The notes: generated by a model from the sequence alone, not told the origin. Shown: positions 36,884 through 47,469, numbered from the stretch's first letter. The stretch: 64,000 bases of DNA from Candidatus Omnitrophota bacterium (GCA_040753435.1 JBFMEN010000062.1:6726-70725); one strand, 5' to 3'. A program made the numbers and translations.

Positions 36884-36983
36884 ACAGCGAAGAGCATAGA
36901 GCGAAGAGTGAGTGTAGAGCCAAGCGTCCCATAGCTTTTCGTTGGTCGCTTTTTCTTAAAGTCATAAGCACAAAGGAGACAAG

Positions 36984-37991
36984 ATGCCCGAATTCTTTAT
37001 CGGTTTGTTCGTATTTTTCTTCGGAGCATGTATCGGAAGTTTTTTAAATGTCTGTATTGTTAGAATGCCAAAAGAGTTGTCTGTTGTTACTCCCCGTTCC
37101 CATTGCTTTTCCTGTCAGCAATTGATCCCCTGGTATGATAATATCCCCCTGGTTTCGTATTTCATTCTTAAAGGAAAATGCCGTAAATGCGGAGCACCCT
37201 TTTCATTTCGTTATTTATTGATCGAGTGGCTCACTGCCTTCACGTTTTTGGGTTTTTATCTGTATTTCGGGCTGACAACGCAGATGGCGGCGTATTTAGT
37301 GATGGTTTCGGCATTTATTGTCGCGACCTTTGTTGACTTTGAGTTGAGAATCATTCCCGATGAAATCAGCGTAGGAGGGATGTTCGCCGGTTTATTGCTG
37401 AGCGTCTTTTTCGTTGACCTTCATTCAGCGTTTTTCCATCAATTGGCTATGGGACGGATCATTATGTGGATTATCGTTGGAGTTTGTTTGGGAGTCCATC
37501 TTATCGAGTTTTTGGTATTGAAGCGGGACTTTGACAGGGAGGACCTGTTTTTGTTCAGCGTCATTATCGGGATGGTGGCTGCCGAAGCGCTGATTACTTT
37601 ACTGATGAGCGGTCCTTTAGCAGGTTCAGATTTCTGGCTGATCCGGCATTTAAAAAGTCTTGACGCGTCGTTGATCGGGCTGTTGCTCGGAGGAGGCGTG
37701 ATTTATGTCATGGGCCTTTTGGGCGATTTTATTTTTAGAAAAGAATCCATGGGCGGCGGCGATGTTAAACTGATGGCATTGATCGGGGCTTTCCTGGGAT
37801 GGAAACTTGCACTGGTGGCTTTTTTTGTGGCGCCGTTTTTCGGAGCGGTTTACGGGATCATCGAGAAGATCAGAACAAAAGACAGCGCTATTGCCTATGG
37901 TCCGTTTATCGTGATGGGCGCGTTGATCAGCCTGTTCTTTGGTGATGTCATCATTGCCTGGGTGCTGAGTCAGTATGGCCTTACCGTTTGA
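36984..37991 (+). CDS. pilD: Prepilin (type IV leader) peptidase / N-methyltransferase, A24 family
   Basis: N-terminal zinc-binding CFSCQQLIPWYDNIPLVSYFILKGKCRKCG motif and multi-TM peptidase A24 body. Confidence 0.85.
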   Translation: MPEFFIGLFVFFFGACIGSFLNVCIVRMPKELSVVTPRSHCFSCQQLIPWYDNIPLVSYFILKGKCRKCGAPFSFRYLLIEWLTAFTFLGFYLYFGLTTQMAAYLVMVSAFIVATFVDFELRIIPDEISVGGMFAGLLLSVFFVDLHSAFFHQLAMGRIIMWIIVGVCLGVHLIEFLVLKRDFDREDLFLFSVIIGMVAAEALITLLMSGPLAGSDFWLIRHLKSLDASLIGLLLGGGVIYVMGLLGDFIFRKESMGGGDVKLMALIGAFLGWKLALVAFFVAPFFGAVYGIIEKIRTKDSAIAYGPFIVMGALISLFFGDVIIAWVLSQYGLTV

Positions 37992-37995
37992 GGCA

Positions 37996-38172
37996 GTAAC
38001 AAGTAACAAGTAACAAGTTACAACTGACAAGAAAATAAAAAGAAACAGAGATAATAAAAATAGTGATATTTGATGGAGCTGGTAGTAAGTAGAAAGTTTA
38101 AAGAACAAGATCCGCAAATTCATAAGCTTTTATTTGTTTTTTCATTCTTGTTGCTTGTAACATGCAACTTGT
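37996..38172. repeat. Miniature inverted-repeat element related to the 35548-36001 element (no ORF)
   Basis: Left: (gtaacaa)x3-gttacaactgacaagaaaataaaaag; right: ttttcattcttgttgcttgtaacatgcaacttgt; shares ACAAGTTACAA / ACAAGAAAA cores with the other element; ~105 bp non-coding interior. Confidence 0.45.
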
Positions 38173-38184
38173 CACTTTAATAAT

Positions 38185-38760
38185 TTGACAATCACAATGT
38201 TCAATAGTAAAATCCGCGCGATGATTGATAAGAGAAATATTGTTCTGGTCGGATTTATGGGAGCGGGCAAGACAACGATTGCCCGGATGCTTGCTGATCG
38301 CCTCAAAAGAAGGTTAGTCTCGACGGATGACGCGATCGTTCAGAGAGAAGGCCGCTCGATCAATGAGATCTTCTCGCATGACGGCGAAAAATATTTCCGG
38401 GAGCTTGAGGCGTGTGTGGTCGCGGATCTTTCCGCCAAAACGAATTTGGTTGTTGATTGCGGCGGCGGTGTTGTTCTTCGAAAATCGAATCTTGATGTTC
38501 TGAAACAAAACGGGGTTGTGGTACATCTGAAAACCAGTCCTGAAACTGTTTATTCCCGCATTAAAAATGAGACGCATCGTCCCTTGCTTAACGTTCCCGA
38601 TCCTTTATGCGCGATAAAAAATTTAATGGAACAACGCGCGATGTTTTATGCCCAGGCAGACTGGCAGGTTTTGACGGATGGACGAAAGGCAGACGATATT
38701 GTGAATGAGATCATTGATATTTTTAAAAGGTCACATGACACAAAGTCACGAGTCGCATGA
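38185..38760 (+). CDS. aroK: Shikimate kinase
   Basis: NIVLVGFMGAGKTTIARMLA Walker A and SK family body; start may be a downstream ATG. Confidence 0.85.
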   Translation: MTITMFNSKIRAMIDKRNIVLVGFMGAGKTTIARMLADRLKRRLVSTDDAIVQREGRSINEIFSHDGEKYFRELEACVVADLSAKTNLVVDCGGGVVLRKSNLDVLKQNGVVVHLKTSPETVYSRIKNETHRPLLNVPDPLCAIKNLMEQRAMFYAQADWQVLTDGRKADDIVNEIIDIFKRSHDTKSRVA

Positions 38761-38835
38761 AGTGACATGGTGAGTTTGTGACCTTTCGGCAGCTTGTTGC
38801 TGCCAATATTCTCCGTGGCTGGAGAAAGGAAGTCC

Positions 38836-39936
38836 ATGACGGAGAATGAGGCGTTGTTGGGTTTGAACGCGGTCCCGGGCCTGGGCAGTGTTCGGATCCG
38901 CCGCTTGGTTGAGAAGTTCGGTTCTGCCCAGGCAGTTTGGAAACAGCGAAGCGCTGAGACGCTTTGCCGCACGGAAGGTTTCGGACGGGATCTTGCCGAT
39001 CATGTTTTAAACTTTGACATGCGGATGTTTCTGGAAAATGAGAGTGCCCTGATTGAAAAATTCAGGATTTCCATCGTTACGCTCTTTGATGATTTTTATC
39101 CTCCTTTTCTAAAAGAGATCAGTTGCCCTCCGATGGTTCTTTATGTAATGGGACGGAAAGAGTTTTTGCCGGAACCCGGAATCGCGATCGTTGGTTCCCG
39201 CAGGGCTTCTTACTACGGGATATCCGTTGCCCGCATGCTCGCCGGTGATTTGGCCCGCGCCGGGGTTACGGTCATTTCGGGAATGGCCCGAGGCGTCGAT
39301 ACAGCCGCCCACGCAGCCAGTCTGGAGGCGGGAGGTAAAACGATTGCCGTTTTGGGAAGCGGACTGGCCTGTTTGTATCCAAAGGAGAATGAGAAACTTG
39401 CCAGGATGATTTCCGGAAATGGTTGCGTGATTTCAGAGTTTCCTATGAGTGCGGGGCCGTCGGCCCGGCATTTTCCAAGGAGAAACCGGGTCATCAGCGG
39501 GTTATCACGAGGGGTAGTTGTCGTTGAGGCCGCTTCGCGAAGCGGTGCGTTGATTACCGCAGAATGTGCGCTTGAGCAAGGCCGGGAGGTTTACGCGGTA
39601 CCCGGAAAAGTAGGGCATCCCCAGGCCTTTGGAGTGAACGCGTTGATCCAGCAGGGGGCGAAACTGGTGATGAGCGCCCATGATATTTTCGAGGATCTGC
39701 AAATGACCGGCGCTGCGGTTGATGACGGCGTTGAGTGCAAAGATGACTGGTTGTCGGGTCTCTCCAGGGGAGAGCGCGATGTTTTAGCTTTATTATCCGA
39801 TGAGCCGTTGCATATTGACGAAGTAATCGAGAAGACCTCCTTGAACCAGCAGGGTGTGTTGAGCATGTTGTCGCAATGGGAATGTCTTGGCAGGGTAAAG
39901 CGTTTGCCCGGGCAGTATTTTGTGAAATTGAAATAA
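38836..39936 (+). CDS. dprA: DNA-processing protein DprA (Smf)
   Basis: ATG 38836 after GGAGAAAGGAAG; Rossmann-like DprA core (GIAIVGSRRASYYG...VISGMARGVDTAAH) and C-terminal winged helix. Confidence 0.85.
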   Translation: MTENEALLGLNAVPGLGSVRIRRLVEKFGSAQAVWKQRSAETLCRTEGFGRDLADHVLNFDMRMFLENESALIEKFRISIVTLFDDFYPPFLKEISCPPMVLYVMGRKEFLPEPGIAIVGSRRASYYGISVARMLAGDLARAGVTVISGMARGVDTAAHAASLEAGGKTIAVLGSGLACLYPKENEKLARMISGNGCVISEFPMSAGPSARHFPRRNRVISGLSRGVVVVEAASRSGALITAECALEQGREVYAVPGKVGHPQAFGVNALIQQGAKLVMSAHDIFEDLQMTGAAVDDGVECKDDWLSGLSRGERDVLALLSDEPLHIDEVIEKTSLNQQGVLSMLSQWECLGRVKRLPGQYFVKLK

Positions 39937-39963
39937 TGATCTGTAACTATTGGGATTTCAGTT

Positions 39964-41964
39964 ATGATAAAAAAATTGGTTATTGTCGAGTCTCCGACGA
40001 AAATAAAGACAATCAGTAAAATTCTGGGAAACAAGTTTAAAGTTACATCATCCATGGGTCATTTGATCGATCTCCCGAAATCCACCCTGGGAGTAGATAT
40101 CGAGCATGACTTCGAACCAAAGCTAATCGTTGTCCGATCAAAACAAAAAATTCTTTCTCAATTAAAGAAAGATTCCGAAAGCAAAGATGAGATTTATTTC
40201 GCGACTGACCCTGACCGCGAGGGCGAGGCCATCGGTTGGAATCTCGCGCAAAGTATCGGCGACGGGAAAAAAATTTACAGGGTGACGTTCCAGGAGATCA
40301 CCAGGGATGCGGTTCTAAAGGCTTTCCAGCATCCGCGCGATTTTAATCAAAACCTGATCAGCGCCCAGACTGCACGGCGGGTGCTTGACCGTATAGTGGG
40401 GTACAAAATCAGTCCGTTGCTGTGGAGCAAGGTGGGTTCGCGGTTGAGCGCCGGCCGCGTTCAATCTGTTGCCCTGCGGCTCATTGTCGAGAGGGAAAAG
40501 GAAATAGGCTCCTTTATTCCTAAAGAATACTGGAAGATCAGCGTCGATCTCCGGAAGGCCGGTCTGAGCGATGTCCTGACCGCTGAGCTGGAAAAACTTA
40601 ATGGCGAAAAATTCGAGTTGCTTTCTGAAGCCGAAGCCAGTCAGGTTGTTGAAAGGCTGCGCGGGCAGGAATTCCGCATCACGAATGTTTCCGACAGCAA
40701 GCGCCAGCGCAATCCTTTACCCCCGTTTATTACCAGCACGCTTCAGCAAGAGGCTTTTAACAAGTCTGGTTTCAATGCCGACCGGACGATGCGTACCGCC
40801 CAGGAATTGTATGAAGGGATTGAAATCGGAGGCGGGGAATCAGTAGGTTTGATCACTTATATGAGAACGGATTCGGTCAATATTGCCCAAGAGGCGATGG
40901 GAAAGGTCCGCGACTTTATCAAAGAACGATACGGGGACGCCTATCTTCCGGAAACGGCGAACAAATACAAGTCGAAGAAAAGCGCGCAGGAAGCCCACGA
41001 GGCGATTCGTCCGACGGATATCACGCGAACACCTTCCGATCTCAAGGCCTACCTCGATCAGGATCAATACAAACTTTATGAATTGATCTGGAACCGTTTT
41101 GTCAGTTGCCAGATGACTCCGGCTGTTTTTAAAAACCGGAAGATCGAAATCATGGCCGGGGAGGCTCAATTCGGCGTTTCTGGTTCCAATATTGTTTTCG
41201 ACGGATTTCTGAAACTTTACAGGGATCAGGAAGAAGAGGAATCCACGTTAGATTTTTCCAATTACGCTAAAAACGACATTCTTGATCTTCTTGAGGTAAA
41301 ACCTTCACAGCATTTCACCAAACCGCCGGCACGTTTTTCTGATGCCAGTCTTGTTAAAGCCCTCGAGGAGCAGGGAATCGGAAGGCCAAGCACGTATGCG
41401 TCGATCATTCAGACTTTAGTCAGCCGCAATTATATCCTCCGCCAGCGCGGTTATTTTACCGCGACGGAATTGGGAATTAAGGTCTCCGACCTCCTTGTTA
41501 AATTTTTCCCGCGGATCATGGATATAGGTTTTACCGCCGGGATGGAAGAGGAGCTGGATCAGGTGGAGGAAGGGACTGTGGAGTATGTGCATCTGCTGCA
41601 GAGTTTCTACGCGCCTTTCAAGAAAGAACTGGAGTTCGCCGGAAGCAACATGACACGCACGGTGAATTATGTTGAAGAAACATGCCCGGAATGCGGACGA
41701 CAGATGGTCGTCAAATGGGGGAGGCGGGGAAAGTTTTTAAGCTGTTCCGGATTCCCCAAATGCAAGTTTGCGAAACCGATCACGACCGGGGTGAAATGCC
41801 CCCAGGAAGGATGTGACGGCGAACTGGTTCAGAGGCAATCCCGCGGCCGGCATTTTTACGGATGCAGCCGTTATCCAAAGTGTAATTACACTACGAATAC
41901 CTTGCCCAGGAAAGAAGAGGAAGGGGCGAAAGACGAAAATAGCAAGACGGATGGTTCAAACTGA
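39964..41964 (+). CDS. topA: DNA topoisomerase I
   Basis: TOPRIM N-terminus (LVIVESPTKIKTI, ATDPDREGEAI), active-site Tyr region, C-terminal CxxC zinc ribbons. Confidence 0.9.
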   Translation: MIKKLVIVESPTKIKTISKILGNKFKVTSSMGHLIDLPKSTLGVDIEHDFEPKLIVVRSKQKILSQLKKDSESKDEIYFATDPDREGEAIGWNLAQSIGDGKKIYRVTFQEITRDAVLKAFQHPRDFNQNLISAQTARRVLDRIVGYKISPLLWSKVGSRLSAGRVQSVALRLIVEREKEIGSFIPKEYWKISVDLRKAGLSDVLTAELEKLNGEKFELLSEAEASQVVERLRGQEFRITNVSDSKRQRNPLPPFITSTLQQEAFNKSGFNADRTMRTAQELYEGIEIGGGESVGLITYMRTDSVNIAQEAMGKVRDFIKERYGDAYLPETANKYKSKKSAQEAHEAIRPTDITRTPSDLKAYLDQDQYKLYELIWNRFVSCQMTPAVFKNRKIEIMAGEAQFGVSGSNIVFDGFLKLYRDQEEEESTLDFSNYAKNDILDLLEVKPSQHFTKPPARFSDASLVKALEEQGIGRPSTYASIIQTLVSRNYILRQRGYFTATELGIKVSDLLVKFFPRIMDIGFTAGMEEELDQVEEGTVEYVHLLQSFYAPFKKELEFAGSNMTRTVNYVEETCPECGRQMVVKWGRRGKFLSCSGFPKCKFAKPITTGVKCPQEGCDGELVQRQSRGRHFYGCSRYPKCNYTTNTLPRKEEEGAKDENSKTDGSN

Positions 41965-41989
41965 ACGCCTTTTTTGATATAATTCAGTT

Positions 41990-42853
41990 ATGAACCGCTA
42001 CATTGACAAATTCCTGTCTTATCTTGAGATTGAGAAAAACTATTCACGTCATACTGTTGTCAATTATGCAGTCGATTTGAATGAGTTTTTAAAATTCATC
42101 GGTGATTCCACATCAGTCCAGGCTGTTTCTTATTTGCATTTCAGGCGGTTTCTGGCGCATTTGCGGCTGATGAATTACAAGTCCAGAACGCTGGCCAGAA
42201 AACTTTCCTCCATGCGGAGTTTTTTTAAATTCCTTCATCGCGAAGGTTTGATCAAGGATAACCCTTCGTTATTATTATCGACCCCTAAAATCGACAAGAC
42301 CCTTCCTAAATTTCTCTCTGAACAGGATACGGTTAAACTCTTGGAAGCGCCTTCTGGTCGTTCCGAAACGGCCCTGAGGGACCGGGCCATGTTTGAAACG
42401 CTTTACAGCTCCGGGATCCGTGTCTCCGAACTCGTGGGGATGAATGTTGACAGTGTGGATACGATCGGCAATATGGTGAAAGTTGAGGGAAAAGGCAAGA
42501 AAGAACGCCTGGTCCCAATCGGAGACGTGGCGGTTTCAGCCATCCGTGATTATTTGGCGTCCAGACAGAATACAGCCCGCGCGCTTTTTTTAAACACAAA
42601 TGGAAATCGGTTGACGGACCGCAGCGTCCGCAATATCATTAACAAGTATATTTTAAAAACAAGCGTCCTGATGCGCGTGTCTCCGCATACGTTAAGACAT
42701 TCTTTTGCGACCCATATGCTTGATCATGGCGCTGACCTGCGTTGTGTCCAGGAACTTTTGGGGCATAGCCACTTATCGACGACCCAGATTTACACTCATG
42801 TGACCACCGACAAGATGAAAAAGGTCTATGATCAGGCGCATCCGCGGGCGTGA
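41990..42853 (+). CDS. xerC: Tyrosine recombinase XerC/XerD family
   Basis: N-terminal SAM-like core-binding domain; catalytic RHSFATHMLDHGADLRCVQELLGHSHLSTTQIYTHV block. Confidence 0.85.
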   Translation: MNRYIDKFLSYLEIEKNYSRHTVVNYAVDLNEFLKFIGDSTSVQAVSYLHFRRFLAHLRLMNYKSRTLARKLSSMRSFFKFLHREGLIKDNPSLLLSTPKIDKTLPKFLSEQDTVKLLEAPSGRSETALRDRAMFETLYSSGIRVSELVGMNVDSVDTIGNMVKVEGKGKKERLVPIGDVAVSAIRDYLASRQNTARALFLNTNGNRLTDRSVRNIINKYILKTSVLMRVSPHTLRHSFATHMLDHGADLRCVQELLGHSHLSTTQIYTHVTTDKMKKVYDQAHPRA

Positions 42854-42957
42854 TTGAAGGAAAGGAAAAAGCGGGAAGCGAAAAGGAAAGGGGTAGTAAT
42901 TACTGGAACAAATGAGTCTGGGCCTTTCGCCTGTCGATTTTCGTTTGATGAATTAAT

Positions 42958-44250
42958 ATGTTTATCCTTTATGATATTTTCTTTATCGTGTTTGCTCTCG
43001 CTTATTTCCCGTATGTTCTGCTAAAAAGGAAATGGCATCCGGGATTCGTGATGCGTTTCGGGATCTTTCCTGAAGATATCAAGCAAAAACTTTTATCTGA
43101 AAAAAACATCTGGGTTCATGCCGTCAGTGTAGGTGAAGTTATGGCGGTTAAACATTTTGTCCGGCGGCTGAAGGAACTCCATCCTGATGCGCAGATCGTG
43201 ATCTCAACAGTGACGGTCACTGGAAATCAACTTGCCAGAGAACATTTCTCCGAAGCTGTTACTATTTTTGCTCCGCTTGATTTTTCATTGTTTGTCCGGT
43301 CACACCTCCGGTTGATCCGTCCGGAAATTTACATTGCGGCCGAAACAGAGATATGGCCTAACATTTTTTACGCGATGTCCCGGAAAGGGATCCCGGTCAT
43401 TCAAATCAATGGCCGCATTTCCGATAAAAGTTATCGGCGTTATCGGAGATTGCGGGGGGTTTTAAAAACAGTTCTGTCCCATGTCACGCGTTTTGCAATG
43501 CAAACTCCGGTTGATGCCCAGCGGATTATCAGTATCGGCGCCGACCCAAAAAAAGTTACCGTGACCGGTAATATGAAATTTGATGATATTCTTTCCGGTC
43601 AGCCTGCGCCGGAACGGATCTTCGCAAGGGAAGGGGCCAGGGTTATCGTTGCCGGCAGCACTTATCCCGGGGAAGAGGATATCCTGGTTAAAATTTTCCT
43701 CAAACTGAAGCAAAAATACCAGGATATCGCAATGATCCTCGCCCCAAGGCATATTGAACGCGCCGCTGATATCGAAGGCTTTCTTGTTAGAAATGACTGC
43801 CATTTCTCCCGGCTTTCCGGAATTATTAATAAAGGAAAATATGCCGAGGATATTCTTCTGGTCGATACTATTGGTCATTTGCGGGGTCTTTATGCCCAGG
43901 CGACGATCGTCTTTGTGGGAAAAAGTTTAACGGGGCGGGGAGGCCAGAATATTTTGGAACCTGCCTCGTTTGCGAAACCGATCATCGTCGGTCCCTATAT
44001 GGATAACTTTCGTGCCATCACCGACCTCTTTTCGAGAGCCGGCGCTTTGATCACCGTTTATAATGAAGAAGAACTTCGGGAAGCAATCAGCGCCTTGCTG
44101 GATGATCCTGATGAGGCTTCACGGTTGGGAAGGAGCGGTTATCAAGTCATCAAGGGCCAGCAAGGATCAGTCGAGAAGACGCTTCAGGAAGTGGAAAAGC
44201 TCCTGGCGGCCTCCAGGAAACAATGCTCCTGTAAATTCTCCAAGCCATAA
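42958..44250 (+). CDS. waaA: 3-deoxy-D-manno-octulosonic acid (Kdo) transferase
   Basis: N-terminal membrane anchor, WVHAVSVGE motif and GT30 body. Confidence 0.85.
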   Translation: MFILYDIFFIVFALAYFPYVLLKRKWHPGFVMRFGIFPEDIKQKLLSEKNIWVHAVSVGEVMAVKHFVRRLKELHPDAQIVISTVTVTGNQLAREHFSEAVTIFAPLDFSLFVRSHLRLIRPEIYIAAETEIWPNIFYAMSRKGIPVIQINGRISDKSYRRYRRLRGVLKTVLSHVTRFAMQTPVDAQRIISIGADPKKVTVTGNMKFDDILSGQPAPERIFAREGARVIVAGSTYPGEEDILVKIFLKLKQKYQDIAMILAPRHIERAADIEGFLVRNDCHFSRLSGIINKGKYAEDILLVDTIGHLRGLYAQATIVFVGKSLTGRGGQNILEPASFAKPIIVGPYMDNFRAITDLFSRAGALITVYNEEELREAISALLDDPDEASRLGRSGYQVIKGQQGSVEKTLQEVEKLLAASRKQCSCKFSKP

Positions 44251-44390
44251 TTCTTTGGATTGCTCCCAAGTGACAGCCCAAAACGGTATTCTTTATATTA
44301 GTATCTATACTAGATTTCTTTAATATTTCCTGTAAAATAGCTAATGCTTTTATTTCCTCCAGCATTTCAACAATACTGACGTTTAAATTT

Positions 44391-45482
44391 ATGTTAACGA
44401 AAGAACATGGCCGTTTGTATTATTTGAAGCTTGTCCATGACCAGAAGTGTGGATGGGCAGCTGTTTTGCCTCGCAGCATCCTGAGATTTTGTTCATGGAT
44501 TTATGGCCTTATTGTCAGGGGAATGCGTTGGGCCTATCAGCGGCGGTTATTAAAATCCTATCAGTTAGGGCGTCCCGTGATTTCGGTCGGCAATGTCACC
44601 TGGGGAGGAGTCGGAAAGACTCCTTTGGTTGAATTGATCGTTGAAATGTTATGGAACTCCGGAAAAAAACCGGTTGTCCTGATTCGTGGATACATGCCCG
44701 GAAAAAAAGAATTGAGGGAAGCGATCAGTGATGAAGCCCAGGTATTAAACCAGGCATTTAACGGACGGGTGCCGGTGATCGTGAACCGGGACAGGGTCCA
44801 GGGCGCTTTGAATGTCCCTGCGAATTATGCCCACGATATTTTTGTTCTTGACGATGGTTTTCAGCAGTGGCGGATCAGGAGGGATTTGAATATCGTGGCC
44901 ATTGACAGCCTGAACCCTTTCGGGAATTACAGCCTTATTCCAAGAGGAATTCTCCGGGAACCGCTGACGGCATTGAAGTACGCTGATTTGATCGTTCTGA
45001 TGAAAGCTGATTTGGGTTCCGGACATCTTTACCGGGTAAAGCAGGAGTTGAAACGTTTTTGTCCCCGGGCCGGTATCGTTGAAGCCGTTCATGAGGCAGA
45101 GAATTTTTTTGATCTGCGGAGCAGAAAACAACGCGGTTTGGCGGAATTATCGGGAGAGAAGGTGATGCTGGTCTCAGGCATTGGCACCCCCCAGGCCTTT
45201 GAGCATACCGCGAAAGAAACGGGTTTGAACGTCCAGGAGCATTTTATTTATCCCGATCATCATTGTTACCGGCAAGAGGATGTCCGGAAGATTGCCGGGC
45301 AGATGACGGAATTGGGGATATCCGTACTGGTGATGACGGCGAAAGATGCGGTAAAGCTTGACGATGAACTTTTGAAACTCTTTCCTGCGGAAGCGTTGCT
45401 TTTTGTTTTAAAAGTTAAAGTTCGTATTATCGAGGGAGAAAAGATTTTTTCTGATGCAATTCATCATCTCTATAATCATTAA
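44391..45482 (+). CDS. lpxK: Tetraacyldisaccharide 4'-kinase
   Basis: P-loop GNVTWGGVGKTP and LpxK family body; follows waaA. Confidence 0.85.
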   Translation: MLTKEHGRLYYLKLVHDQKCGWAAVLPRSILRFCSWIYGLIVRGMRWAYQRRLLKSYQLGRPVISVGNVTWGGVGKTPLVELIVEMLWNSGKKPVVLIRGYMPGKKELREAISDEAQVLNQAFNGRVPVIVNRDRVQGALNVPANYAHDIFVLDDGFQQWRIRRDLNIVAIDSLNPFGNYSLIPRGILREPLTALKYADLIVLMKADLGSGHLYRVKQELKRFCPRAGIVEAVHEAENFFDLRSRKQRGLAELSGEKVMLVSGIGTPQAFEHTAKETGLNVQEHFIYPDHHCYRQEDVRKIAGQMTELGISVLVMTAKDAVKLDDELLKLFPAEALLFVLKVKVRIIEGEKIFSDAIHHLYNH

Positions 45483-47427
45483 TATTGTTGCTTCATTTCT
45501 TCGTCTGATGCCGTTATCTGCGGCTGCAATGATCGGCCGTCTTGCAGGAAGGGTTTTTTATATTCTTGATAGACGGCACCGCAATCAGGTTTATCAGAAT
45601 TTAAAGATCGCTTTTGCCGATCAAATGACACTGGATGAAATCAAGGCCTTGACGCTGAAGTTTTTCATTAATCTGGGGATGAATTTCGCGGAATTTCTCA
45701 GACTTCCGCAGATGTCGCCTGAACATGTTAAAAAACTGATTGAATGTGACGGGAAAGAAAGGTTCGAAGAGGTCATGAAGTCCGCAAAATGCGGCGCTGT
45801 GATGATGACAGCTCATTTTGGAAACTGGGAGTTGTCCCCGCTGGCAATGTCGGTTTTCGGTTTCCCGCAAAATCTTATTTTTAAAACCCAGGATAGCGCC
45901 TCTGCGTTTAATAAAGTGATGATGAAATGCCGGCGGGATGCGTACCGAAGTTATGGCAGCTGCATCAAGCTGTATGAACGGGGGGTAGGCGCCAGGAAAT
46001 TACTGGAAGCCCTTCAGAATCGCGAACTCGTCGGTATGGTGATCGACCAGGGGGGGAAAGATGGTATTCCAGTTCAATTTTTAGGCCGGAGAACAAGTTT
46101 TTCGTCAGGCGGGGTACGGCTGGCGCTGAAAACAGGAGCGCCGATTTTTATAGGCGGCATGGGACGGAAAGATGGAGTTTATCACCGGCTTCTTATCCGT
46201 TATTTTCCGAATGAAGCCGCTAATGAGAAGGATAATGTCGCTCTTTATCTTCAGGGGATCGCCAATCAAATGGCTGCGATGGTTCGGGAAGCGCCGGAAC
46301 AATATATGTGGATGTATAAATTATGGAAATTCGATCCTTCCTGCAACGTCATTATTCTTGATGACGGGAGAGTCGGGCATTTGCGCCAGTCCGAGGGAGT
46401 GGCCAAGACAATCAGCCGGGAAATCGTTCAGCGCGGAGGCAGCGTATCTGTCAAGACGGTCAAGGTCGAATACCCGGGTAAATTTTCCCAAATGATACTG
46501 ATTTTATGTTCCTGGATCGGGCCCATACTCCCTATGTTTGTCTTGGTGAAGCTGCTGAAGAAATACCTTAAGCCGGAGACGTTTCAAGGGCTGACCGCTA
46601 TGAAGGCGGACATCGTGATTTCCGCGGGATCTTTGAGCGCTCCCGTCAATTATGTTATTTCCAGGGAGCATTGCGCAAAGAATATTTTAATTCTCCGGCC
46701 GAACCTTTTGCCATGGTCAAGGTTTGATTTGGTAATTTTACCCAGGCATGATGTGGACGCCAAAAAGGTTTCCGGTGATCGGGTTGTTTTGACCAAAGGT
46801 GCTGTTAACCTGATTGATGAGGATTATCTCAGCCTCCATGCGGAAAAACTGCTTCAGCGGTTTTCGCATCTGAAATTGCGGGATAAGTTTAAGATCGGGG
46901 TGTTGCTGGGCGGGGATACCAAAAATTACGTTCTGGATGAGAGCGCAGTGAAGATACTGGTCCATCAGCTGAAAGATGCGGCAGAACAGCTGGATGCGGA
47001 CATCCTCCTGACAACGTCAAGGCGGACATCGTCAAAAGTCGAGAATCTGTTGGCCCGGGAACTTAAAAAATATCCGCGCTGCCAGCTGCTGGTCATCGCC
47101 AATCGTAACAATGTTGCCGAGGCTGTGGGAGGGATTTTGGGACTATCTGATGTTCTGGTCGTGTCCGGCGACAGTATTTCCATGATTTCTGAATCTTCGG
47201 CGTCCGGGAAAAAGACCATTGTTTTTCCAGTAAAAAAACGATCGACAAAGGGCGAGGAGCATAAACATAATCAATTCATTGACCGGTTAAACACCGAAGG
47301 CTATATTTTATGCTCCGATCTTAGAATGATTGCCTGTTCCATTTTTGATTTAGCTAAAAACAAAATTTGCACAAGAAGACTTGATGATGACGAAACGATC
47401 CGTAATGGTGTGTTAAGGATTTTATAA
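45454..47427 (+). CDS. Fusion: lipid A lauroyl/myristoyl acyltransferase (LpxL/HtrB family) + C-terminal ELM1/DUF1022-like predicted GT-B domain
   Basis: N-terminal ~300 aa have LpxL-family features (TAHFGNWE, IDQGG); C-terminal ~350 aa begin ..VIILDDGRVGHLRQSEGVA.. resembling ELM1-family (DGxxGHxNQ) proteins; ELM1 call is from memory. Confidence 0.7.
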   Translation: MQFIISIIINIVASFLRLMPLSAAAMIGRLAGRVFYILDRRHRNQVYQNLKIAFADQMTLDEIKALTLKFFINLGMNFAEFLRLPQMSPEHVKKLIECDGKERFEEVMKSAKCGAVMMTAHFGNWELSPLAMSVFGFPQNLIFKTQDSASAFNKVMMKCRRDAYRSYGSCIKLYERGVGARKLLEALQNRELVGMVIDQGGKDGIPVQFLGRRTSFSSGGVRLALKTGAPIFIGGMGRKDGVYHRLLIRYFPNEAANEKDNVALYLQGIANQMAAMVREAPEQYMWMYKLWKFDPSCNVIILDDGRVGHLRQSEGVAKTISREIVQRGGSVSVKTVKVEYPGKFSQMILILCSWIGPILPMFVLVKLLKKYLKPETFQGLTAMKADIVISAGSLSAPVNYVISREHCAKNILILRPNLLPWSRFDLVILPRHDVDAKKVSGDRVVLTKGAVNLIDEDYLSLHAEKLLQRFSHLKLRDKFKIGVLLGGDTKNYVLDESAVKILVHQLKDAAEQLDADILLTTSRRTSSKVENLLARELKKYPRCQLLVIANRNNVAEAVGGILGLSDVLVVSGDSISMISESSASGKKTIVFPVKKRSTKGEEHKHNQFIDRLNTEGYILCSDLRMIACSIFDLAKNKICTRRLDDDETIRNGVLRIL

Positions 47428-47469
47428 AATTGATTATTGTTTGGGATTTGGGTTTTTGGAATTGTGATT

